DNA from: Minisyncoccota bacterium
GTDB taxonomy: Bacteria; Patescibacteriota; Minisyncoccia; Phycocordibacterales; Phycocordibacteraceae
DNA: 40,361 nucleotides
NCBI GenBank assembly: GCA_035627595.1
Contig: DASPLK010000004.1
Span: 1 to 40,361, forward strand
Direction: 5' to 3'
The notes under the pieces are model-generated. The model was not told the origin of the DNA and did not search any database. It saw nothing but the letters and a program-made list of their open reading frames with translations. The position numbers and the translations under genes are program-made. This document shows positions 1 to 7,601 of the stretch, in pieces; position 1 is the first letter of the stretch; each line of letters begins with the position of its first letter.

Positions 1-3000
1 GGTGCCGACGGTCGCGAGGTTTGCGAGCGTGGTGAGGTTCGGAAGCGTGGTGGTTGCAGAGAGGCGGTTGTCGAAGCGGGCGGTGGTCCAGTAGAGGTTC
101 GTGCCTTCTGCAAGATCAGACGTGCTCTTGGTTGCGAGCCATGCGTTAGTGGAAGTAGTCGAGAAGAAGTTGTTCTGCTCTTTCCAGTAAGCTGCGGAGG
201 TCGTCGAGAAGAAGTAGCCCTTGTCGAAGGTGTCGAGGTACGTAAGAACGCGCGCATTTGTGTAATAGAGGTTTGTGCCCTCTGCGAGGTTAGACGTGCT
301 CTTGGTTGCGAGCCATGCGTTGGTGGAAGTAGTCGAGAAGAAGTCAGTCTGACTCTTCCAGTAGGCAGCTGAGGTGGTGCTAAAGGAGTTTGCGAGGTAG
401 TAGCTTCCCTCCTGTCCGTCGAAGGTGCCGGTCCAGTCGCCGGTGACGTCTGCAACGTAGTCCGCACCTGCGGTTGCGAGGGAAAGGACGCCGCTCGTTG
501 CCTTCACAAGACCAGAGCCAAGACCAGAGAACGTAACGGTGCCGGTTGCTGTGATATTCGCGGACGTAATATTGCCCGAGAAGAGCGCATTACCCTGCAC
601 TGCGAGCTTGTGAAGCGGCGACGGCGAGGTAGTCGCGATGCCAATCGTATTGCTGAAGTATGAGGTGCCAAATACTTCGAAGATGCTGTTTGCAGTTGTG
701 GTTGCGCTGCTGCCGATGATCACCGCATCAGAAGTATCGGTCGTGTAGATTGCAAGACTGTCAGTTGTCGTTGCCCATGCACCTTCGCCGCCGCCGCCGC
801 CAGTCGTTATGTCCGATCCCCATGACGGAAGACCGCCCGATAGCTTCAAGACCTGACCATTCGCCCCTTTCGGGAGCGGAGTCAGCGCACCGGCGTTATC
901 GGCGTACAAGATATCGCCCGGGCTGTAGCTAGTCATACCCGTACCGCCCTGATTCTGCGAGACGGTGCCCGTAATATCTGCAAATGCGATACCGAGCGTG
1001 GAGGTTGCGATATTGTTCCAAGCGCTGCCGCTCCAGCTAAGCAGGTTGCCGAACGACTTAGTCATGCTTGCGACATCCGAAAGGTCCTCGATCGAGTTGT
1101 TGGTGAGGTCGTCTGCAGTACGCGCAGTCTGCTGTGTCTCCCAGTAATTTGCGGAGGTCGTAGAGAAGCTGTTTGCGAGGTAGTAGCTTCCCTCCTGTCC
1201 GTCGAAGGTGCCGGTCCAGTCGCCACTCGTATCATCGAGGTAGTCAACGCCTGGGACCGCGATACCGAGCACTCCGCCAGTTGATTTGACGAATCCGTCG
1301 CCGAGGCTGGAGAACGTCACTGTACCGGTCGCCGTCAGTGTGCCGCCAAGGTAGGTGTTGCCTGCAACCGAAAGCTTTGCGAGCGGCGACGTCGTACCGA
1401 CGCCGAAGTTACCGGAGGTGACGTAGACGCCGCCGGTGCCGTTTCCAGCGAGCGAAATGCCGCCATTGAGGTTCGTTGCAGATATGGTGTTGGTCGCAAC
1501 GGTGATATTGCCCGCAGCAATACCGTTCGGGACCGGAAGCGTCGAGAGATCGGAGGTGACGATGCTCTTGCCACCCGTGATGTTTAGGTTGCTCTTGAAG
1601 ATGAGCTGGCCGGTTGCGTTTGCGTTGAGTTCAATGTTACCGCCATCGGTCGTCTTTATCTTGAGGTTCTGAGTCGGATCTGCAGTCACGACGATGTCGG
1701 TGGTCGCATCCTCCTCAAGCACCTTCTGGCCGTTGATGTAGAGCGAGCCTGGACCGATGTATACATCGCGCCACATGCGGCTCGGCGTACCGAGCGAGTA
1801 CACGTTGTCTGCGGTTGGGATGATATCGCCGGCAATCGAGACTTCTTCGAGGTGCGTTGTGCCGGTAATTGTAAAGTCGCCGACGATAGTCGAGGATGCC
1901 TGTGCAAGGATGCCGGAATTAAATGTCTGGAGTGGACCCCAGGTGTTTGCGGTCGTTGTGCCAAACGCAAGCGACAGTACGTTGCTTGAGTACTGGAGCG
2001 GATATGTCGCTGTAAAGGTCGGTGTGAGGCCAAGCGATGAAGTCGCTACATTCGTCCATGCGCTACCGTTCCAGGAAAGTAGATTGCCCCAGCTCTTGGT
2101 CATCGCTGCCACGTCCATTAGGTCCTCGATCGAGTTGTTGGTCAGGTCATCTGCAGTGCGTGCGGTCTGCTGGGTATCCCAGTAGTTTGCGGAGGTCGTT
2201 GAGAAGAAGTAGCCCTTCGATACCGTATCGAGGTAGGTTGCGACGCGACTGTTGCTGTAGAAGAGATTCGTACCGCCCTCAGGGATATCGTCTGAATCAT
2301 TGAGATCGAGATCGAAGTAATTCTGCGTCGCATGATTGCCCCAGCTGTATGCCGTTGCCCATTCGGTCGTCGAAGCTGCAAGCGGGATGGTATAGCCGGC
2401 TGAGAGCGATAGCACACCAGTTGCGCTGTTGTAACTCAAGCCTGCTGCGGAAGAAGAGAGCGCGGCGCGGGCGCGTGCATCGGTGTAGTAGAGGTTGGTT
2501 GATCCCTCAAGGAGCGCATCAGTCGTGGTGCCTGCGAGTGCTGATGCGAAGCGGTTGAGCGTGTAGTAAAGATTCGCACCCTCAGCAATGTCATCGGTGG
2601 ACTTGGTGCCAAGCCACGTGTTTGCGGAGGTCGTTGAGAAGAAGTAGCCCTTGCCGAGCGAATCGACGTACGAAAGGACACGTGCGTCGGTGTAGTAAAG
2701 ATTAGATCCCTCTGCAAGATCATCCGTGCTACGTGTAGCAAGCCAGGAGTTTGCAGAAGACGTAGAGAATGAGTTAGCAAGGTAATACGAACCCTCATAG
2801 CCGTCGAAGGTGCCAGTCCAATCGCCGGTTGCATCAGCAAGATAGTCGACGCCCGGAGTTGCGACCGATATGACGCCTGCATCTGCGCGCAGTAGTCCGT
2901 CAAGCGTACCGAAGCGCGCCTGTCCTGATACGAAGAAATTAGTCGAGGTCGCATTGGTAGTGATGATGTCTGCAAAGTTCGAGACGCCCGTGAAGGTCGG

Positions 3001-5820
3001 TGCGTTCGAGAAAACTACTGATCCCGTACCCACCTCGTCAGAGAGGATGCCAGCAAGCTCTGCTGAGGTGTCGACTTCCGTAGTAAGAAGCACCATCGGA
3101 TCGAGGTATGCAGGCGCGATTGCGGAACCCTGCCATACGCCGCTCGTGATGGTACCGAGCGTCGTGAGACTTGGAAGCGAAGTGATGCCTGTGTGCGTGG
3201 TAGTTGCGTGCCAATCTGAAAGCGAGAACTTTGCATTAAGCGCGTTCTGCAGATCAGTCTGATCGGAGAGCGTGCCGGTAATATCTCCCCACGCAACGCC
3301 CGTAACGAATCCAAAGGAACTGGTCGCTACATTCGTCCATGCGCTACCGTTCCAAGTCAAGAAATCGTTCACATTTGGCGTCATTGAAGCGACATCCGAA
3401 AGATCCTCGATCGAGTTGTTGGTCAGGTCATCTGCAGTGCGTGCGGTCTGCTGGGTCTCCCAGTAGTTTGCGGAGGTCGTTGAGAAGAAGTAGTCCTTGC
3501 TGTAGGTATCAAGAAGCGTTGAGACGCGTGCATCGGTGTAGTAAAGGTTCGTGCCTTCTGCAAGCGCATCAGTAGTAGTTGCAAACCAAGCAGAGAGCGA
3601 AAGCTTAGCGTCAAGCGCGTTCTGCAGGTCGGTCTGGTCGGAAAGCGTGCCGGTGATGTTGCCCCACTCTGCGCTCGTAATACCAAGAGATGAGGTCGCC
3701 ATAAGTGCGTACCCTCCTGTTCCATTGCCAACGAGAAGCTGTCCGAAGACTGGCGCCGTACCTGTGCCAGTACCGCCGTTTGAAACCGGAAGCACATCTT
3801 CTACATCGGTAGCAAGTGAGACGAGTGATGTAGCAATTGCACCTCCGGTTGCACGAAGGATGCCGTTAAGAGAACCAATCGAAAGCGATGGTGTCGTTAG
3901 GGCCCCTGCGGTTGATATCGTTGTCGTGCCCGTTGAACCAAACGCTGCGGAGTTCGACGAGAACGACGTAGCGGTCGCATTACCGAGCTGTAGATCTGAT
4001 GGAAGAGAAAGTGTAACGCCACCTGCGCCGTTGTCAGCTACAGATATCTGGTTTGCTGTACCCGTGACCCAAGTCGAAAGGTCTGTTGAAGTGGCAGCTC
4101 CCGAACTATCCGCAAAGAGCAACCTCGATGGTGTAATCCCTGAAAGACGGAAGATGCCGGACACTGAGAGGTTCGTCGAAGTTGCGTTCGTTGTGGTCGC
4201 ATTTGTAAGCGTTGCATTGGTAGCAGAAAGTGTCGTCACTACAGCATTCGTAATGGTTGCAAGCGTCGATGTGAAAGTATCAATCGTACCGGTTGTTGCA
4301 CGGAAGAGCGTTGCAAAAAGATTCGTTGAGGTTGCGTTTGTGGTGGTCGCATTAGTCGCAAGCAAGTTTGCAAATGTTGATGACGTTGCAAACAAGGTAT
4401 TTACACTAAGCGAATTGCCGGTTGCGGTAGCGAACTGGAGTGGACCTGCAAATGTAGAGGTCGCCGTCGTTGATGTCGCATTAAATGACGGTGCGCTGAT
4501 AGTAGAAGTTACGTTGAGCGTTGCGACATTAAATGTACCCACGGTGAGCTCGCCCGTTATGTTCGCGTCACCGTTAACTGTAATGCCGCCATTTACCGTC
4601 GTCGTACCAGAAGAGAATGAGCCGCCGATGGAGCCGTTGCCGCTAATTGTTATAGAGTCACCAGTGATATCACCGCCAATAGTTCCGCCTCCGCCGTCTA
4701 CATCGATGTCATCAATTCGGTCATAGACGTTAGCAAAGCGCTCATCAAGTGCGTAGAACGACAACCAGACTGGGCGCAGCAAGTACTCACCGAAGCCTGA
4801 GAGTGCGTATGTGAGGAACTCAGCACTAACACCATTCACGGTCGTGCGATTGTCAGTGGCGTTGGTAATGTAGCGCGTTATGTTCTGCGTGATGTTCTGA
4901 ATTGTCGTAGTGCCCTGAACAATCGTAGTCGTTGAATTCAAAGGTGCTGACGTTGTTGCACTTGAAATAGAAACTGGATCTGGAGTATCCACTACGTGCA
5001 CCTGCACGTTTGTGCGGGGAGCGAAGAATGCGGCAACTTTGCGCTCAGTGTCTGCAAAGAAGTTGTCGATGGTTGCGTAGGTAAAATATGCAATCGACTT
5101 TGCCACCTCTACCATTGGCGAAGAGCTATTTGAAGCTGCTGCAGAAAGTGCATTCATCTCTGAGATTGAGCCCTGCGCCTCACGCACGTCCGCAATAGAT
5201 TCTTCTTTCGATGTAAATACTCCTGTAGATGCAGAAACCACTATGAATGTAATAAGGAGCGCGGCAGTTGCGCGAGTGTATGTATGAACAGGATTGTATG
5301 TAAAACGCTGCGCAAAAACTTTACGTGTAACGGTAACGACAGGCTGCACCTCGCGGTATTCATTCTTTCGCTTCTCCGCAAGTTCCTCGTGAAGCTTTTT
5401 CTTCTCCTCCTCTACCTTAGATAGGTGCACCTGGAGGTCATCCGCCTTAATTACCCATGCCTTCCCGTTTCGGGTTGATGGAAGCTCTCCAGAACGGCAA
5501 AGAGAGCTGATGTATGCAGGAGAGTAGCCCGATGCCTTAGCGGCTTCGTAGGTGGAGAGAAGATTCTGTTCTCGGCGCTGAACCTCCCAATACTCATCTT
5601 TACGCTTGCGCGCAAGTTCTTCTGCCTGACGCTTCTTCTCGTCTTCAACTTTTGAAAGATATGCCTTGAGGTCTGATCGTTTGATCATCCATGCCTTCCC
5701 GTTTCGGGTTGATGGAAGCTCTCCAGAACGGCAAAGAGAGCTGATGTATGCAGGAGAGTAGCCCGATGCCTTAGCGGCTTCGTAGGTGGAGAGAAGATTC
5801 TGTGAAGGCTTCGAAGACAT
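1..5820 (-). CDS. Giant membrane-anchored surface protein, first 1,940 codons (C-terminus lies beyond the left edge). Order: two tandem excisionase/MerR-like HTH modules, charged coiled-coil segments, one TM helix, then Thr/Ala/Asn/Gly-rich phage-tail-fibre-like repeats.
   Basis: Absent from the ORF track because there is no stop in the window. My manual minus-strand translation from ATG 5820-5818 stays open for exactly 1,940 codons to base 1 (MSSKPSQNLLSTYEAAKASGYSPAYISSLCRSGELPSTRNGKAWMIKRSDLKAYL...). The hydrophobic segment ATAALLITFIVVSASTGVF is encoded at about 5215-5271. Downstream there are at least 7 copies of an (L/I)xEGxNLY(Y/W)TxAR motif, GDWTGTFDGxEGSYYLANSF modules, SNGGTG / NQGGTG motifs and an ANGQVLK motif, as seen in phage tail fibres. 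All other-frame ORFs in this region are short or are antisense mirrors. Confidence 0.8.
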   Translation of the reverse strand, partial: MSSKPSQNLLSTYEAAKASGYSPAYISSLCRSGELPSTRNGKAWMIKRSDLKAYLSKVEDEKKRQAEELARKRKDEYWEVQRREQNLLSTYEAAKASGYSPAYISSLCRSGELPSTRNGKAWVIKADDLQVHLSKVEEEKKKLHEELAEKRKNEYREVQPVVTVTRKVFAQRFTYNPVHTYTRATAALLITFIVVSASTGVFTSKEESIADVREAQGSISEMNALSAAASNSSSPMVEVAKSIAYFTYATIDNFFADTERKVAAFFAPRTNVQVHVVDTPDPVSISSATTSAPLNSTTTIVQGTTTIQNITQNITRYITNATDNRTTVNGVSAEFLTYALSGFGEYLLRPVWLSFYALDERFANVYDRIDDIDVDGGGGTIGGDITGDSITISGNGSIGGSFSSGTTTVNGGITVNGDANITGELTVGTFNVATLNVTSTISAPSFNATSTTATSTFAGPLQFATATGNSLSVNTLFATSSTFANLLATNATTTNATSTNLFATLFRATTGTIDTFTSTLATITNAVVTTLSATNATLTNATTTNATSTNLSVSGIFRLSGITPSRLLFADSSGAATSTDLSTWVTGTANQISVADNGAGGVTLSLPSDLQLGNATATSFSSNSAAFGSTGTTTISTAGALTTPSLSIGSLNGILRATGGAIATSLVSLATDVEDVLPVSNGGTGTGTAPVFGQLLVGNGTGGYALMATSSLGITSAEWGNITGTLSDQTDLQNALDAKLSLSAWFATTTDALAEGTNLYYTDARVSTLLDTYSKDYFFSTTSANYWETQQTARTADDLTNNSIEDLSDVASMTPNVNDFLTWNGSAWTNVATSSFGFVTGVAWGDITGTLSDQTDLQNALNAKFSLSDWHATTTHTGITSLPSLTTLGTITSGVWQGSAIAPAYLDPMVLLTTEVDTSAELAGILSDEVGTGSVVFSNAPTFTGVSNFADIITTNATSTNFFVSGQARFGTLDGLLRADAGVISVATPGVDYLADATGDWTGTFDGYEGSYYLANSFSTSSANSWLATRSTDDLAEGSNLYYTDARVLSYVDSLGKGYFFSTTSANTWLGTKSTDDIAEGANLYYTLNRFASALAGTTTDALLEGSTNLYYTDARARAALSSSAAGLSYNSATGVLSLSAGYTIPLAASTTEWATAYSWGNHATQNYFDLDLNDSDDIPEGGTNLFYSNSRVATYLDTVSKGYFFSTTSANYWDTQQTARTADDLTNNSIEDLMDVAAMTKSWGNLLSWNGSAWTNVATSSLGLTPTFTATYPLQYSSNVLSLAFGTTTANTWGPLQTFNSGILAQASSTIVGDFTITGTTHLEEVSIAGDIIPTADNVYSLGTPSRMWRDVYIGPGSLYINGQKVLEEDATTDIVVTADPTQNLKIKTTDGGNIELNANATGQLIFKSNLNITGGKSIVTSDLSTLPVPNGIAAGNITVATNTISATNLNGGISLAGNGTGGVYVTSGNFGVGTTSPLAKLSVAGNTYLGGTLTATGTVTFSSLGDGFVKSTGGVLGIAVPGVDYLDDTSGDWTGTFDGQEGSYYLANSFSTTSANYWETQQTARTADDLTNNSIEDLSDVASMTKSFGNLLSWSGSAWNNIATSTLGIAFADITGTVSQNQGGTGMTSYSPGDILYADNAGALTPLPKGANGQVLKLSGGLPSWGSDITTGGGGGEGAWATTTDSLAIYTTDTSDAVIIGSSATTTANSIFEVFGTSYFSNTIGIATTSPSPLHKLAVQGNALFSGNITSANITATGTVTFSGLGSGLVKATSGVLSLATAGADYVADVTGDWTGTFDGQEGSYYLANSFSTTSAAYWKSQTDFFSTTSTNAWLATKSTSNLAEGTNLYYTNARVLTYLDTFDKGYFFSTTSAAYWKEQNNFFSTTSTNAWLATKSTSDLAEGTNLYWTTARFDNRLSATTTLPNLTTLANLATVGT
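118..344 (-). repeat. Intragenic direct repeat: 118-170 and 292-344, 53 bp with 1 mismatch, offset 174 bp (58 codons, in frame).
   Basis: Direct comparison of agacgtgctcttggttgcgagccatgcgtt(a/g)gtggaagtagtcgagaagaagt at both positions. Confidence 0.85.
388..1224 (-). repeat. Intragenic direct repeat: 388-441 and 1171-1224, 54 bp identical, offset 783 bp (261 codons). It encodes GDWTGTFDGQEGSYYLAN. A diverged third copy lies near 2775-2830.
   Basis: gtttgcgaggtagtagcttccctcctgtccgtcgaaggtgccggtccagtcgcc was read at both sites. Confidence 0.85.
2042..3493 (-). repeat. Intragenic direct repeat module. Block 2042-2073 equals 3323-3354 (32 bp). Block 2124-2212 equals 3405-3493 (89 bp, 1 mismatch). 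Offset 1281 bp (427 codons). A more diverged copy starts at 1086 (offset 1038 bp).
   Basis: The same module appears in the ORF track as the + strand antisense peptide SIELLVRSSAVRAVC(W/C)VSQ, present three times (ORFs 965..1147, 1757..2185, 3272..3466). On the coding strand it reads ..YWETQQTARTADDLTNNSIEDL. Confidence 0.85.
5455..5803 (-). repeat. In-frame tandem duplication of the HTH module. The 115-bp blocks 5455-5569 and 5689-5803 are identical by eye, with period 234 bp (78 codons).
   Basis: Both blocks read ccatgccttcccgtttcgggttgatggaagctctccagaacggcaaagagagctgatgtatgcaggagagtagcccgatgccttagcggcttcgtaggtggagagaagattctgt. Each encodes QNLLSTYEAAKASGYSPAYISSLCRSGELPSTRNGKAW. Confidence 0.9.
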
Positions 5821-5834
5821 CCTGAAAGGTACCT

Positions 5835-5863
5835 GAGATATCTATATTTTATATAGCTATCTC
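5835..5863. promoter_or_regulatory. Imperfect palindrome (13-bp arms, 1 mismatch, 3-nt spacer) in the promoter region of the giant gene. It contains the GAGATAGCT box (5855-5863), which abuts a TATATA -10-like hexamer on the coding strand.
   Basis: gagatatctatat-ttt-atatagctatctc lies 15-43 nt upstream of ATG 5820. The same 9-mer is found at 8514-8522 upstream of the second HTH gene. Confidence 0.4.
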
Positions 5864-6212
5864 ACTTCCTCCTACAAAACACGTGGGGATAGTCTTTATA
5901 TATTTATAAAAGATTCCTTATCAAAATAATTTTCTTTTATGTCGTGAGCCGGTGTGCGTGCGTGGAGGTTAGATTTAATCCAGAGCTCCAAAGTCACATC
6001 CCAAGTCAGTTGACTTCAACGTGTATCGAAACTCGCACATTACTCACCAAATAACTCTTATAAAAGCTAATTTCGAATGTAAGTAGGTTGTACTTATCAG
6101 TGAATTCGATTCCTAGAGCCACAGAACCCCTTTCCCTGATTCTTTTGCACCTTATGCTAACAAAGTGGCTTCTTGTAAGTAATGATCCTTCTGCTCTATA
6201 TATACGCGCTGC

Positions 6213-6240
6213 TATCCGAGATTCTCGTTTATCCGAGATT
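6213..6240. repeat. Two direct copies of TATCCGAGATT (6213-6223 and 6230-6240, period 17 bp) in the AT-rich spacer. A third TATCCGAGA lies at 7575-7583.
   Basis: Read directly: gctatccgagattctcgtttatccgagatt. Confidence 0.6.
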
Positions 6241-6341
6241 AAATATGGCTTATTTACACGCAAGTTGAATGTACGCACTTATGCAGGCCCGACTAGTAGA
6301 GCTGGGACGGTACCATCGTGAGGAGACCAATGCAGCTTGAG

Positions 6342-7334
6342 CTAGCGCTTCTCCTGAAGGGTTAGGAAGTCTGCTACAGATGCTGTGGCGGCTCTAGGCG
6401 TGTCACCAAGTACATCTGATGTCAACTGTATTACTCCTAAAGTAGCGCCGGCTATTTCGCCTCCTAGGGCATTTTGTATCTGTCCGCTTTCTGATCTTAT
6501 GCCCTGTGATGCTTTCAGCATTCCCTCCCCAATTGCTATTTGGGGCACAACAATCATACGCGCGAGCTCGTGTGCGGTGTCTATCCAAAGCGTAACTACT
6601 GGCATCTCCTCAAGCTTCAACCCAGGAATTCCCTTTGCTGCAACTGCGATCGTGGAATCACCAATCATGTACGCGCTTTGCACCGCAGTACTAGCTACAT
6701 ACTGAGTGCCATCCACCCATGCATAAAGGCCGCTTATATAGGCACCCATAGCCTTATGTTGAATATCTAAAATTCTACGCATGAGTACCTCTGAGACAGC
6801 AATGTAAGGGTCTGCTGCAATCCAGATAACGCGCGACATGCTCTCAAAGTGCTCATCGCTTACTTTCATTACTATTGCATGCTCTTTGTCAGGTAGATGG
6901 CTTTCCCTTGGCTCAAAATTAGCCAATAAAGGTCGCTCTTCTGCGTAAAGAGGCTGTTCAATGGGAACTAAGTTGATATAAGGGACGAAAAGGCCTTCCA
7001 GACCAGACGAGAATGAGAAATACGAGCTCGCACCACCACTAGCTGGCAAACTTTCGACGTCTGTATTTGCGGCGGCCACAGAAGCCATATGTGCGCTAGC
7101 GCGCTTAGGTATTTGAGCGATTTCTCCACGCACACCTTCAACTAAGCTAATAAGCCGATTTCCGGCATCGATTGAAGCGAGCTCTACAATTGCGGAGTGA
7201 GCAGTGAACATTGATCCAAAAAGTACTGATACCGCGACAAGGAAGGAAAAAGCATGGCCGCGAAATATATCTAAATTCGCATGTCCCGAGCTATAGGCAG
7301 GATACGTTTTGGAGCTAAGTGTTCCGGAGGTCAT
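6342..7334 (-). CDS. Hypothetical protein with an N-terminal signal-anchor; no family recognised.
   Basis: The track ORF 6342..7532 begins with TTG only 4 nt after a terminator T-tract. The first ATG is at 7334 (MTSGTLSSKTYPAYSSGHANLDIFRGHAFSFLVAVSVLFGSMFTAHS...), which gives about 330 aa with one hydrophobic helix. I recognise no conserved motif. Confidence 0.55.
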   Translation of the reverse strand: MTSGTLSSKTYPAYSSGHANLDIFRGHAFSFLVAVSVLFGSMFTAHSAIVELASIDAGNRLISLVEGVRGEIAQIPKRASAHMASVAAANTDVESLPASGGASSYFSFSSGLEGLFVPYINLVPIEQPLYAEERPLLANFEPRESHLPDKEHAIVMKVSDEHFESMSRVIWIAADPYIAVSEVLMRRILDIQHKAMGAYISGLYAWVDGTQYVASTAVQSAYMIGDSTIAVAAKGIPGLKLEEMPVVTLWIDTAHELARMIVVPQIAIGEGMLKASQGIRSESGQIQNALGGEIAGATLGVIQLTSDVLGDTPRAATASVADFLTLQEKR

Positions 7335-7535
7335 GCGTGTAATAGGGAGCAAAAGGGACTGTAGATTAATACTAGCCTGTGCGAGAGCATGAAGCCTGTG
7401 CAATTTGTGGATAGAGCAAATTAAAACCTGATTGCTCGCAGGACAACTAACATACAATTTGGTCTGAAGTAGGGGACACACAGCAAAGGATCCGTGCCTT
7501 CGTTGGAGAGGCTTACATCTTTCACAAACCAAAGT

Positions 7536-7563
7536 AAAAAACGCGCCACTCGGCGCGTTTTTT
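7536..7563. terminator. Bidirectional intrinsic terminator downstream of the HTH-TM gene.
   Basis: aaaaaacgcgcc-actc-ggcgcgtttttt: a 7-bp GC stem flanked by an A6 run and a T6 run. Confidence 0.8.
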
Positions 7564-7567
7564 ACTA

Positions 7568-7588
7568 TCTCGTCTATCCGAGACGAGA
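7568..7588 (-). promoter_or_regulatory. 8-bp hairpin tctcgtct-atccg-agacgaga between the stop of the HTH-TM gene and its terminator. It carries both the CTATCTCGTCT and the TATCCGAGA motifs.
   Basis: Perfect inverted repeat read directly. The 11-mer ctatctcgtct (7565-7575) recurs at 8516-8526. Confidence 0.45.
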
Positions 7589-7601
7589 AATAGCCTTTAA
7601 C

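Noticed and set aside
3551-4726. 391-aa plus-strand ORF, the longest ORF the track reports in the first 5.8 kb.
   Set aside because: It lies antisense to the uninterrupted 1,940-codon minus-strand frame. Its Val/Ala/Ser-rich low-complexity sequence is the mirror of the Thr/Ala/Asn repeats, and it has no motifs or start context. The same reasoning applies to the other short ORFs in 750-3800.
6006-6321. 90-aa (minus) and 77-aa (plus) ORFs in the AT-rich spacer.
   Set aside because: They overlap each other on opposite strands. They have AT-driven composition (Lys/Ile/Arg/Ser) and no motifs, so they are probably chance ORFs.
7335-7532. Cys-rich 66-codon extension (CERCK...C...C) of ORF 6342..7532, a possible zinc ribbon.
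   Set aside because: It starts at a TTG 4 nt after the terminator T-tract, which leaves no room for a promoter. The first ATG (7334) precedes a plausible signal-anchor. The rejection is at low confidence only.
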